Below are positions 38,967-48,100 of a stretch of 64,000 nt of DNA, piece after piece. The translations under genes were made by a program, and so were the position numbers. The notes under the pieces are model-generated. The model ran no database searches. It had not been told where the DNA came from and saw only the letters and a program-made list of their open reading frames with translations. Origin of the DNA: an uncultured Ruminococcus sp. (GTDB taxonomy: Bacteria; Bacillota; Clostridia; Lachnospirales; Lachnospiraceae); the NCBI GenBank assembly GCA_946494335.1, contig CAMMBV010000016.1, positions 847-64,846 of the forward strand, in the 5' to 3' direction. Position 1 is the first letter of the stretch; each line of letters starts with the position of its first letter.

Positions 38967-40445
38967 ATGATAATAGAAGAAACACTGAGAAAGCCGATGT
39001 TGGAAGCGAAGTATCTGAATGTGGAAAACACAGACAGGTACCGTCCAATTATCAGGCTTTTTTATTTGCAGTATGAGAAGCTGAAATACTGGATGTACCA
39101 GGAGGAGGTATATGAAGAGCTGAAAGAAGATCCTGGATTTGCGGATTATACGATGGAGCAGTGTCATCAGGATCTGACAGCTCTGGCGGAATGGGGGAAT
39201 CTGCTGAAGATTCAGGATACGAAAAAAGTTGCAAATATTGATGAGTTCAAGAACAGGAAGCTGCGGTATCAGCTGTCGGAGGCCACGGTGGAAATTGAAA
39301 GAATGGTCATCCGGGTGGAAAAACTGTATATAGAAAGCTCATCGCTGGAGCCGACGCTTCTGGAGCGGATTCGCATAAACCTGGGAAAAGCCGGGCAGAT
39401 GCCGGATGAGGAAATAGATATTATTTATGGGTGGTGGAACGATCTCAATAATGATTTTGTCCGCCTGAATCAGAATTATCAGGATTACATGCGGGAGCTG
39501 AACAGCATCAAAGCGGAAGAGATGATGAAGACGAAGGAATTTCTTGTGTTCAAGGATCGTCTCATTGAATATCTGAGAAATTTTGTCCGCAGTATTCAGG
39601 TGCATGTGACGGCCATCGAACAGCTGCTTAAGGGGCTGGACCGTCAGGTGATACGGGAATTGCTGGATCGGATTGCGGAATATGAATGTTCCATTCCAAG
39701 ACTGGATATGGAAGTGCCCAAAGAACAGATTTTTGATAAGGTTAAGGGACGATGGAAAAGTCTGACGGACTGGTTTGCTGGGGATGATGAAAGGGAGTCG
39801 GAGGCTTTGCGAGTGTTTGACGTGACCAACGAGATCATCCGGAAGATCACCCGGTATGCGGCAAGAATCAGTGAAATGAGCAACAGCGGCTCCAACCGCA
39901 GGGAAGAATATTATAAGATTGCCGTTATGTTTTCAAAATGTCGGGATATCAATGAAGCGCACAGACTGGCGGCGATGGTTTTCGGTATGGAAAGGCCGTT
40001 TCATTTGAAAGGGCTGGATGAAAGAAAGACGGAGAGTATCAACAGCGGCGTTTTTGACGAAGAGCCTTCTGTTGTCACTGTAATGCCCAGAGTCAGAACC
40101 TACAAAGATAAAGCCCACAGAACGGATATTGTCGATCATTCCAGGGAAAAAGAAGAGATGCGGCTTGCCGCCATACAAAGACTTGAGGATGAGAGAAAGC
40201 TGTTAAGAAGTTATATCCGGGACAATCGGATTGATTTTAAAAATCTGTCCGGGATAGAGCCTCACGTCCGGGATGTTTTTCTCTCCTGGCTATCCAAAGC
40301 GCTGGAGCAGAAGGATCTGAGGGGAAAAACACAGGACGGGCAGAAGTATTATATAGAAAACGGGGATACCAAAGAAAGATGCATGCTGAAATCATCGGAC
40401 GGCGTGCTGGAGATGCCCGCATACGTGATAAAATTTGAGGAGTGA
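38967..40445 (+). CDS. jetA: JetA-like protein, type II Wadjet (TIGR02677/DUF2397 family)
   Basis: 492 aa. The N-terminus AKYLNVENTDRYRPIIRLFY and the length fit TIGR02677. It is the first gene of a coupled four-gene operon. Confidence 0.75.
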   Translation: MIIEETLRKPMLEAKYLNVENTDRYRPIIRLFYLQYEKLKYWMYQEEVYEELKEDPGFADYTMEQCHQDLTALAEWGNLLKIQDTKKVANIDEFKNRKLRYQLSEATVEIERMVIRVEKLYIESSSLEPTLLERIRINLGKAGQMPDEEIDIIYGWWNDLNNDFVRLNQNYQDYMRELNSIKAEEMMKTKEFLVFKDRLIEYLRNFVRSIQVHVTAIEQLLKGLDRQVIRELLDRIAEYECSIPRLDMEVPKEQIFDKVKGRWKSLTDWFAGDDERESEALRVFDVTNEIIRKITRYAARISEMSNSGSNRREEYYKIAVMFSKCRDINEAHRLAAMVFGMERPFHLKGLDERKTESINSGVFDEEPSVVTVMPRVRTYKDKAHRTDIVDHSREKEEMRLAAIQRLEDERKLLRSYIRDNRIDFKNLSGIEPHVRDVFLSWLSKALEQKDLRGKTQDGQKYYIENGDTKERCMLKSSDGVLEMPAYVIKFEE

Positions 40446-40447
40446 AA

Positions 40448-41590
40448 ATGAACGCACTGGAAATACTGCTGGAAAAACGCTGGATTTTAAAAAGCAAAAA
40501 CCGGGAGCTTTATTATCAGATGAAGGATGAGGTGGGAACTGTCAAAAAGTTTCTGCTGGAAAAACTGGGATATGCGGTTATTGTAAATCCTTATCTGATC
40601 AAGGTGGAAAAAACGCCCGCCAGGCCGGAGAACTGGATGGGGATCATGGAGTTTAAAAACCAGATCGAGTACGTATTTTTCTGCATGGTGCTGATGTTTC
40701 TGGAAGAAAAGGAAACGGAAGAACAGTTTGTGCTGTCGGAACTTACGGAATATATTCAGGCAGAATACAAGGAGGAGCAGATTGACTGGACGGTTTATCG
40801 GTACAGACGCCATTTGATCCGGGTGATGAAATACTGTGAAAGCAGCGGCCTTATAAATGTCAATGACGGCACGGAGGAGAATTTTGCCAGGAATGATACC
40901 GGCGAAGTTCTTTATGAAAATACGGGAGCTTCCCGGTATTTTATGAAAAATTTCACCCGTGATATTATGGAATTTTCCGCTTTGGAGGATTTTGAAAAAG
41001 AGGACTGGATCGATGTGGACGAAGACCGGGGAATTGTCAGGCGTCAGAGAGTGTACCGGCAGCTTTTGATGACCATGGGGCTGGAACGGGAACCGGATAC
41101 GGAAGAGGACTTTGTCTATGTGAAGAATTACCGCAATATGATAGCGGATGAGCTTTCGGGGATGCTGGACTGTGAACTTCATGTGCATCGTACCGGTGCA
41201 TTTCTTGTTTTGGGAGAGAACTGCCGGATGGGCAGGCGCTTTCCGGAGGAAAATACGCTGTCGGATATTGTGCTGCTGGTAAATGAGATCATCCAGGAGA
41301 GAATCCGAAAGGGTGAAATTGCAGTGGGGGCCCAGGAGCGTATCCTTGTTCCAAAAGAATACTTTACCGGTATTCTGGAGGAATGCAAAGAAAGGTACGG
41401 ACAGGGAATGATCAAGACTTATCGGGAAATGACCACCCGGGAATTCTGTCAGATAACGGCGGATTATATGATGGAACTGGGATTTATATGTGAATACCAG
41501 GGTGATATACAGATAAAAAGAGCGGCGGGGAAGATTATGGGAAGATATCCCCGGGATTTTTTAAAGAACGGAGAAGAAGATGAACAGTAA
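40448..41590 (+). CDS. jetB: JetB-like protein, type II Wadjet (TIGR02678/DUF2398 family)
   Basis: 380 aa. ATG lies 2 nt after the jetA stop, with GAGGAG 6 nt upstream. Size and position fit TIGR02678. Confidence 0.7.
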   Translation: MNALEILLEKRWILKSKNRELYYQMKDEVGTVKKFLLEKLGYAVIVNPYLIKVEKTPARPENWMGIMEFKNQIEYVFFCMVLMFLEEKETEEQFVLSELTEYIQAEYKEEQIDWTVYRYRRHLIRVMKYCESSGLINVNDGTEENFARNDTGEVLYENTGASRYFMKNFTRDIMEFSALEDFEKEDWIDVDEDRGIVRRQRVYRQLLMTMGLEREPDTEEDFVYVKNYRNMIADELSGMLDCELHVHRTGAFLVLGENCRMGRRFPEENTLSDIVLLVNEIIQERIRKGEIAVGAQERILVPKEYFTGILEECKERYGQGMIKTYREMTTREFCQITADYMMELGFICEYQGDIQIKRAAGKIMGRYPRDFLKNGEEDEQ

Positions 41591-44500
41591 ATGGCAGTTA
41601 AACCGGATCGGGCTGGTGGATTTCTGGTACTACGATGAAGAAGAGTTATATTTTCGGGACGGCAGGATGCTGCTTCGGGGGGCCAACGGTTCCGGAAAAA
41701 CCGTTACCATGCAGAGCTTTATTCCCCTTCTTTTGGACGGCAATATGCGGCCGGAAAGACTGGATACCTTTGGGTCCAAGGCCAGAAAGATGGAAAATTA
41801 TCTTCTGGATGAGGAGGATGAAAGGGAGGAACGGACCGGGTATCTGTATATGGAACTGAAGCGGGAGAAAAGTGAAGAGTATCTCACCCTGGGGATGGGC
41901 ATCCGTGCAAGGAAGAACAAAAAGCTGGATTCCTGGTATTTCTGTGTGACGGATGGACGCAGGATCGGCCATGACCTTTTCCTTTACCGGGAGGGCACAG
42001 GCAAAGTGGCCTGCACCATGCGGGAGCTGAAAAACCGGGTAGGCGACGGCGGTCAGGTGATGGAAAGTCAGAAGGAATACGCCCGGTGCGTAAACCGTCT
42101 TCTCTTTGGTTTTGAGTCTCAGGAGGAATACAAGGAGCTGATGGACCTTCTGATACAGCTGAGGACGCCCAAGCTTTCCAAAGATTTCAAACCAACGGTT
42201 ATCAATGAGATTCTCAGCGGTTCCCTGCAGACTCTGTCGGAGGATGACCTGCGGCCCATGTCGGAAGCCATAGAAAACATGGACAGCCTGAAAACAAATC
42301 TGGATGTTTTAAAAGACAGTATTCAGGCGGCGGAACAGATAGAAAGGGTCTATGATCAGTACAATGAAATTGTGCTGTATGACAAGGCTCTTATGTTTAC
42401 CAATGCGGTAAAAATGCATCAGGAGGTCAGCGCCAGGGGAGAAGAGCTGGAAAAAGAAGCCGGCCGCTGCCGCAGGGAACACACAGAGGAAGAAGAAAGA
42501 TACCGGCAGCTTAAGGCGGAGGAGAAAATCCTTCAGGAAGAAAGAGCATCTCTGTCTGACAGTGATGCAGCCAGACTGAAGGAGGAAGAGCTTAAGCTGC
42601 GCGCCATTCTAAAAGAGCAGGAAAATACCATATCGGAGAAGAGGCGGCAGGAAGAGGAGAAAAAGGAAAAGTATCTGGAGGCGAAAGTGCGCAGAGACGC
42701 TGCGGCGGAAAAAAACCAACAGATATGGGACGAGATAGAGGATAGCATGAATGAAATGGAGGACACCCTTGGCGACGTTCCCTTCGATGATTTTTCATTT
42801 TTAAAGGCGGAGCTTACGCAACACAGGGAAAAATCCTTCCCTTTTGATTCCCATATCAGGCTTTTGAAAGAATATGTCCGGAAAGTAAAAGAAGGCCGGG
42901 ATATTCTGGAAAAGGAGAGGGTCTGCCAGGAGAAATACAGCCGTCTGCTGCAGGAACTGGACGGATTTCAGGATAAAAAAAGCGCCATGGAGCGGGAAGT
43001 CCTTCAGTATGAAAATCTGCTCCATGAAACGAAGCAGGAGCTGATAGAAAAGATCTGTCAGTGGGCCAGGGGAAACAGCCAGCTTTGTCTTCCACCGGAG
43101 CTTTTGCAGAATATGATAAGAAGAATTGAATCTTACGGTTCGGATACGGATTACTGGGAAATAAAGAATCTTGCAAAACCTATGTTTGATGAAGCGGAAA
43201 AGGAGATCCTGCTTAAAATCCGGGAAAAAGAGTGGGAGCTGACGGAAAAGAGGAAGGAAAAAGAGGGACTGATCAAAGAAATAGAGGAGTGGAAAAATCG
43301 AAAGGAGCCGGAACCGGAAAGGGACGCTGCGGTACTGGAGAACAGAAAACGTCTGGATGAAAAGGGGATCCCTTATCTTACCTTTTATCAGGCGGTGGAT
43401 TTTGATTCACGGCTGGATGAGGGAAAAAGGGCATGGCTGGAGGAAACCCTTTTTCATATGGGAATTTTGGACGCACTGATTGTTCCGGCCCAGTACAGAG
43501 AGCAGGTTATGGATGTGGACAAAGGCAGATGCGACCGGTATCTGTTTACCGACGCTCCTTATGTAAAAAATAATCTGACTGATCTTCTGGATATCGAGAA
43601 CGGAGAAAATGATATACTGCTGTATCAGAATGTATCGGCAGTGCTGTCCGCTGTCAGCTGCAATGCTTCGGAAACGCGGCGGAATGCCGGCGGTACCTGG
43701 ATGGATGAAAAGGGCAGTTATGGGATCGGCATAGTGGAAGGTACGGTGACGGGAGAATATAAACCCCGTTTTATCGGGGCAGCCGCCAGAGAGCAGTATC
43801 GTCTGGAGCAAATGCAAAAGCTGGAAGAGACACTTCTTTTGATAGAGGAGGAAGAAAAGGCCCTGGAGACCAGGATTTTCGCTTTAACAGAGCAAGAAAA
43901 GAATCTGGAAAATGAGTGGGAAACCTTTCCAAAGGATCAGGATCTGAAAGTGGCGGCGCGGGAGTTTGAAAAGCGGGAAGAAAGGCTGGAGGAGCTCAAT
44001 GACAGAATCCGGGAGCAGAAAAAACTGGTTGAGGCAGAACGGGTATCCCTGGATGAAATAAGGCAGCAGGTGCAGAAAATCTGCCGCAGCGCATGGCTGA
44101 TGCCGCGGCTGGATGTGTTTGAAAAGGCGCTGGAATCGCTGCAGACTTATCGGGAGTATCTGTCGGCGGTTCAGGTTGCCCATGGGAATTATATCAACGG
44201 CATAAGGTATGTGGAAAGCCAGGATGAGTATCTGGAAGAGACCGACCGGGATCTGGATCAAATCCGATATGACCTGGGACGGGCGGTAAACAGCCAGAGG
44301 GAAAGCCAGAGCAGTCTTAATTCCGTTTTGGAACGGCTCAAACTGACGGACTATGAGAAAATAAAGGAAAGGCTGGAATACTGCATCGGCCGTTTGGCTC
44401 TGCTGCCGGGGGAAATAGAAGAGTCCGTACGGCTTATGACTACGCTGCGGGATAAAGAAGCTTCGCTTCTGGAGAAACAGCGGGAAAATGAAGTGGAGCT

Positions 44501-45671
44501 GGGAAAGATTCTGGACAGAAAGGAAAGACTTTCCCGGGTGTTTGCCAGTGAATATGATCTGGGTTATGTGAAGGAATGCGCTGAGGATACAAAGGAAAGT
44601 CAGGAGCAGGCGAAGAAAATATGTTCTCTGCTGGCCGGCCGGTTCGGAAGCCGGAAACAGAGCGATCTTCTGGGAAGCCTTCAGGAGATGTTTCATAAAA
44701 ACCGCGGATATCTGCTGGAATATCAGATCGCTCTGAAAACCCTGTTTGAAAAACTGGATGAAGAGACGTCCTTCCATGAGATCAGTGTGAAAAGAATCGA
44801 TATCACGGCGAAATACCGAGGTGCCACGGTAAAATTTAAGGAGCTTCTTTCGGCTATGCGGGAGGACGCCCGGATACAGACACAGCTGCTCAGCGAAAAA
44901 GACAGAGAGCTGTTTGAGGATATCTTTGCCAATACCATCAGTAAAAAGATTCGCAGCAGAATTCAGGCCAGCAGGCGCTGGGTGGAGAAAATGAATGTTC
45001 TCATGGAATCCATGCAGACCTCCAGCGGTCTGACTTTAAGTCTGCGATGGAAAAACAAGAGCGCGGAAAAAGAGGAGCAGCTGGACACGAAAGAGCTGGT
45101 AGCGCTGCTGCAGAAGGATGTGGAGATTATGCGTCCGGAAGAAGCACAGCAGCTGGCCGGGCATTTCCGCTCCAAAATCGATGAGGCCAGGAAGCGGGCG
45201 GAGGACACCGGAGAGGTCCGGTCCTTCCACGGCATTATGAAGGAAGTGCTGGACTACCGGCAGTGGTTTGAATTTCAGCTGGAATGTCAGAAAACCGGTG
45301 AGCGAAAGAAAGAACTGACGGATCGGGTATTTTTTACTTTCAGCGGCGGAGAAAAGGCCATGGCCATGTACGTGCCCCTGTTCTCTGCTGTGGCGGCGAA
45401 GTACGGGGGAGCCCGTGACGACGCCCCCAGGCTGATATCCCTTGACGAAGCCTTTGCCGGTGTGGATGAGATGAATATCCGGGATATGTTCCGGCTGATG
45501 GTAGAATTTGAATTTAACTTTATTATCAATTCTCAGATTCTGTGGGGAGACTACGACACGGTTCCCGGGCTTGCCATCTATCAGCTGGTACGTCCGGAAA
45601 ATGTCAGGTATGTTACGGTGATACGCTATTTGTGGAACGGAAGCGTCAGGAGTATGGTAAATGGTTCATAA
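41580..45671 (+). CDS. jetC: JetC-like SMC-family ATPase, type II Wadjet (TIGR02680 family)
   Basis: 1363 aa. Walker A GANGSGKT (residues 34-41), a very long E/K/R/L-rich coiled-coil-like middle, signature FSGGEKA (1254-1260), Walker B LISLDEAF (D1289, E1290). It overlaps jetB by 11 nt. Confidence 0.85.
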   Translation: MNSKWQLNRIGLVDFWYYDEEELYFRDGRMLLRGANGSGKTVTMQSFIPLLLDGNMRPERLDTFGSKARKMENYLLDEEDEREERTGYLYMELKREKSEEYLTLGMGIRARKNKKLDSWYFCVTDGRRIGHDLFLYREGTGKVACTMRELKNRVGDGGQVMESQKEYARCVNRLLFGFESQEEYKELMDLLIQLRTPKLSKDFKPTVINEILSGSLQTLSEDDLRPMSEAIENMDSLKTNLDVLKDSIQAAEQIERVYDQYNEIVLYDKALMFTNAVKMHQEVSARGEELEKEAGRCRREHTEEEERYRQLKAEEKILQEERASLSDSDAARLKEEELKLRAILKEQENTISEKRRQEEEKKEKYLEAKVRRDAAAEKNQQIWDEIEDSMNEMEDTLGDVPFDDFSFLKAELTQHREKSFPFDSHIRLLKEYVRKVKEGRDILEKERVCQEKYSRLLQELDGFQDKKSAMEREVLQYENLLHETKQELIEKICQWARGNSQLCLPPELLQNMIRRIESYGSDTDYWEIKNLAKPMFDEAEKEILLKIREKEWELTEKRKEKEGLIKEIEEWKNRKEPEPERDAAVLENRKRLDEKGIPYLTFYQAVDFDSRLDEGKRAWLEETLFHMGILDALIVPAQYREQVMDVDKGRCDRYLFTDAPYVKNNLTDLLDIENGENDILLYQNVSAVLSAVSCNASETRRNAGGTWMDEKGSYGIGIVEGTVTGEYKPRFIGAAAREQYRLEQMQKLEETLLLIEEEEKALETRIFALTEQEKNLENEWETFPKDQDLKVAAREFEKREERLEELNDRIREQKKLVEAERVSLDEIRQQVQKICRSAWLMPRLDVFEKALESLQTYREYLSAVQVAHGNYINGIRYVESQDEYLEETDRDLDQIRYDLGRAVNSQRESQSSLNSVLERLKLTDYEKIKERLEYCIGRLALLPGEIEESVRLMTTLRDKEASLLEKQRENEVELGKILDRKERLSRVFASEYDLGYVKECAEDTKESQEQAKKICSLLAGRFGSRKQSDLLGSLQEMFHKNRGYLLEYQIALKTLFEKLDEETSFHEISVKRIDITAKYRGATVKFKELLSAMREDARIQTQLLSEKDRELFEDIFANTISKKIRSRIQASRRWVEKMNVLMESMQTSSGLTLSLRWKNKSAEKEEQLDTKELVALLQKDVEIMRPEEAQQLAGHFRSKIDEARKRAEDTGEVRSFHGIMKEVLDYRQWFEFQLECQKTGERKKELTDRVFFTFSGGEKAMAMYVPLFSAVAAKYGGARDDAPRLISLDEAFAGVDEMNIRDMFRLMVEFEFNFIINSQILWGDYDTVPGLAIYQLVRPENVRYVTVIRYLWNGSVRSMVNGS

Positions 45672-46998
45672 GGATCAGGAAATAAAACAATGCGCGGCAT
45701 ATTTCAAAGAGCGTCCGGTGTATGAAAAGCTTTTTCAAAAATTCCGGAAAAAGTATGAAAGTCTGGGGCATTTCGGCGGGACAGTGGTGCTGTCCGGACT
45801 GACAGGGGAAGAAAAGAACCAGCTGGGCGGTTTCCTGCAGAAAGATTATACGGAGCACACAAAGATAGCTGTTTCGGCCTCTCTGATGGAAAAGGCGCTT
45901 GCTTCCAGCAGGTTTTCTGATCTTTCCTGGGAAGAGATCCTGGAGACATATTTCGGAGAGAAGCTGACGGTCAAAAAAGAAGCAAAGCGGCAGCAGGAGA
46001 AGGAAAAGGAGGCATTCTTTTCTGATATACTTAACAACAGTCCGGACGGTCCGGGAAAATCCTGGCTTATTCGTGTGTTGAAAGAGCGGGAAGAAGGCTT
46101 TTCCTGGATGATGCAGCAGTACAGAGAAAGACCCGGTGAGCTTTCAGGGATTGTAAAAAATGTGCTGACAGCCATACCGCTTCTGCCGGTATTTTCAGAA
46201 GGGAAGGAAAAAATGCTGCTGGCAGTTTTTGCAGCAGAGGTTACCGGAAATCCCCATTATTTTGATGAGGGAAGCAGAGGCGAGGCGCTTCTATTTGCGT
46301 TCATAAAAAGTTATCTGAACATGGAAGTAAAGGAGGGCTTATCCCGGGCGGAATACAAGAAGAAACTGTTTTTTGAGGCGGGAATTTTAAAGGACGAGCT
46401 GTCCAGCGATGTGCTGGCATACGGAATACGGGCAGTGAGAAAGGACGGGAGTGTTCATCCGGGTGTGGAAGGCTTTTTCAGGTGCCGGGAACCGGTGAAA
46501 CTGACCCTTAAGACACTGGGAAATATCGACAGGATCTTTTCTGGGAAGGAAGAAAATGAAAATGGCCCGGGCAAAGTGTACGTGGTGGAAAATCCGGCAG
46601 TGTTTTCCGCGCTGACACAGAAGTATCCGGACAGGGCACTGATCTGCGGAAACGGCCAGCTGAAGCTGGCTGTGCTCCTGCTTATGGATAAACTGAAAGA
46701 AAACAGTGTGTTTTATTATGCCGGTGATTTTGATCCTGAAGGAATGATGATAGCCCAGAAACTGAAAATCCGGTACGGTGAGCGGCTGAATCTGTGGAAT
46801 TACAGAGAAAAGCTTTACAGAAGGTATCTGTCAGATGTGATTCTTGATAATACGCGTATAAAAAAGCTGGACAAAATAACGATTCCTGAACTTCAGGAAG
46901 TGAAAGAAGCAATGATAAAGGAAAAGCGCGCAGCCTATCAGGAGACAATGTTGGAGGAATACCAGAAAAATATAGAAGGAAACAATGAGTTGTTATAA
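45661..46998 (+). CDS. jetD: JetD-like Toprim nuclease subunit, type II Wadjet (TIGR02679; DUF3323 + DUF2399)
   Basis: 445 aa. Toprim-like Glu in YVVENPAVF (E310) and DxD in YAGDFDPEG (D356/D358). It overlaps jetC by 11 nt. Confidence 0.8.
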   Translation: MVHKDQEIKQCAAYFKERPVYEKLFQKFRKKYESLGHFGGTVVLSGLTGEEKNQLGGFLQKDYTEHTKIAVSASLMEKALASSRFSDLSWEEILETYFGEKLTVKKEAKRQQEKEKEAFFSDILNNSPDGPGKSWLIRVLKEREEGFSWMMQQYRERPGELSGIVKNVLTAIPLLPVFSEGKEKMLLAVFAAEVTGNPHYFDEGSRGEALLFAFIKSYLNMEVKEGLSRAEYKKKLFFEAGILKDELSSDVLAYGIRAVRKDGSVHPGVEGFFRCREPVKLTLKTLGNIDRIFSGKEENENGPGKVYVVENPAVFSALTQKYPDRALICGNGQLKLAVLLLMDKLKENSVFYYAGDFDPEGMMIAQKLKIRYGERLNLWNYREKLYRRYLSDVILDNTRIKKLDKITIPELQEVKEAMIKEKRAAYQETMLEEYQKNIEGNNELL

Positions 46999-47012
46999 GT
47001 GACCGGAGTATT

Positions 47013-47046
47013 CTGGCTGCATACATTTATCAATGTATGCAGCCAG
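47013..47046 (+). terminator. Hairpin closing the jet operon
   Basis: Perfect 13-bp stem CTGGCTGCATACA / TGTATGCAGCCAG with an 8-nt loop, 15 nt past the jetD stop. There is no strong U-run. Confidence 0.55.
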
Positions 47047-47072
47047 AGCTTGTTAAGCAATTTATATAGATA

Positions 47073-47101
47073 TTGTCAATCAAAAAGATACATGATAATA
47101 T
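47073..47101 (+). promoter_or_regulatory. Distal candidate promoter (P1) of Rpn copy B
   Basis: TTGTCA, a 17-nt spacer, then TAATAT. The predicted TSS (~47108) again coincides with the start of the repeat. Confidence 0.45.
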
Positions 47102-47107
47102 AAAAGG

Positions 47108-47196
47108 AATCTCACCGCAGCAGTTCTGCTGCAAAATCCCAATCTTATTTTAAATTTAACCAGGGACCGCCCGGGGCCCATATGGCGGATGGTTTT
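47108..47196 (+). ncRNA. Conserved leader / candidate small RNA upstream of Rpn copy B
   Basis: Same GCAGCAG-TTC-TGCTGC hairpin, and CCGCC-N12-GGCGG followed by ATGGTTTTG. The loops differ from copy A while the stems are kept. Confidence 0.3.
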
Positions 47197-47200
47197 GTCC

Positions 47201-47229
47201 TTTACAGGCAGAAAGGCGTGTCCTATAAT
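47201..47229 (+). promoter_or_regulatory. Proximal promoter (P2) of Rpn copy B
   Basis: TTTACA, a 17-nt spacer, then TATAAT, the same layout as copy A. Confidence 0.6.
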
Positions 47230-47245
47230 GAAAGGAGAAGTGCAT

Positions 47246-48100
47246 ATGGAAGCAATGAAATCATTAAAAGACTTGACTTTATTGGACCGCTTTTTGTTTG
47301 CCGAGGTAATGGAAGACAGAAAAAGCCTGGAGGCCGTGCTGGAAATTATCCTGGGGCGTGAGGTGCTGTTGAACTGTCTTCCGCAGACGGAAAAAGAAAA
47401 ACGGCAGTCACCGCTGTACCGGAATATCCGTCTGGATGTGTGGGGCGAGGATGAGAGATCCGTATTTGATCTGGAAGTTCAGAAAAAGAATACCAGAAAC
47501 TTAAGCAGAAGGAGCCGGTTCTACCAGGGGCTGATAGACGGGAAGCTGTTAAAACCGGGAGAAGTTGATTTTGATCAGATGAAGGATTCCTATATTATCA
47601 TCATAGCGCCTTTTGACCTGTTTGGGGAAGGGAGATACCGATATACGTTCCGGATGCGATGTGACGAAAACCCAAAGACAGCGCTGGAAGACGGCGCGGT
47701 GCGGATTTTTCTGAACACCCATGGATCAAATCCGGAGGAGGTGAGTCCGGAGCTGGTGGAGCTTCTGAGGTTTATGGAGCATACCAACGATAAACCCGAG
47801 GGAGGGTATCAAAGCGAGCGGATCCGTGATCTGGACAGGCGGATCGGAAAGATCAAGAGCAGTGAAGAGATAGGGGTGAAATATATGCAGGAATGGGAAG
47901 AGAGAGAGCTGGAAAAGCGGGAAGCGCACCGAGAGGGCAGGGAGATTGGAAAACAGGAGGGTGTGGAGATCGGAAAGCAGGAGATTCTGAGAAGCCAGAT
48001 CAGCAAGAAGCTGCAGAAAGGAAAAACTGTCAAAGAGATAGCAGAGGAACTGGAAGAGACGCCGGAGGTTGTTGAAAGACTGATAAAAGAATTAAAATAA
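47246..48100 (+). CDS. Rpn-family PD-(D/E)XK nuclease / putative transposase, copy B
   Basis: 284 aa from MEAMKSLKDL. The same DLEVQKK core, differing from copy A by roughly 15-20 substitutions plus an 8-residue insertion. Confidence 0.75.
   Translation: MEAMKSLKDLTLLDRFLFAEVMEDRKSLEAVLEIILGREVLLNCLPQTEKEKRQSPLYRNIRLDVWGEDERSVFDLEVQKKNTRNLSRRSRFYQGLIDGKLLKPGEVDFDQMKDSYIIIIAPFDLFGEGRYRYTFRMRCDENPKTALEDGAVRIFLNTHGSNPEEVSPELVELLRFMEHTNDKPEGGYQSERIRDLDRRIGKIKSSEEIGVKYMQEWEERELEKREAHREGREIGKQEGVEIGKQEILRSQISKKLQKGKTVKEIAEELEETPEVVERLIKELK
47933..47980 (+). repeat. 24-nt tandem duplication inside Rpn copy B (EGREIGKQ / EGVEIGKQ)
   Basis: GAGGGCAGGGAGATTGGAAAACAG followed by GAGGGTGTGGAGATCGGAAAGCAG (19 of 24 identical). 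Copy A has a single unit. Confidence 0.85.

Noticed and set aside
43884-44777. Long antisense ORFs inside jetC (297 aa here). Similar ones lie inside jetB (40487-41188), glmS (48744-49988), gpmI (9690-10544), infB (54861-55964), rnr (13306-14043) and pnp (62006-62914).
   Set aside because: They are fully embedded opposite strongly supported genes and have no SD or recognisable motifs. Their compositions are typical of the reverse frame of purine-rich coding sequence, so I treat them as spurious.
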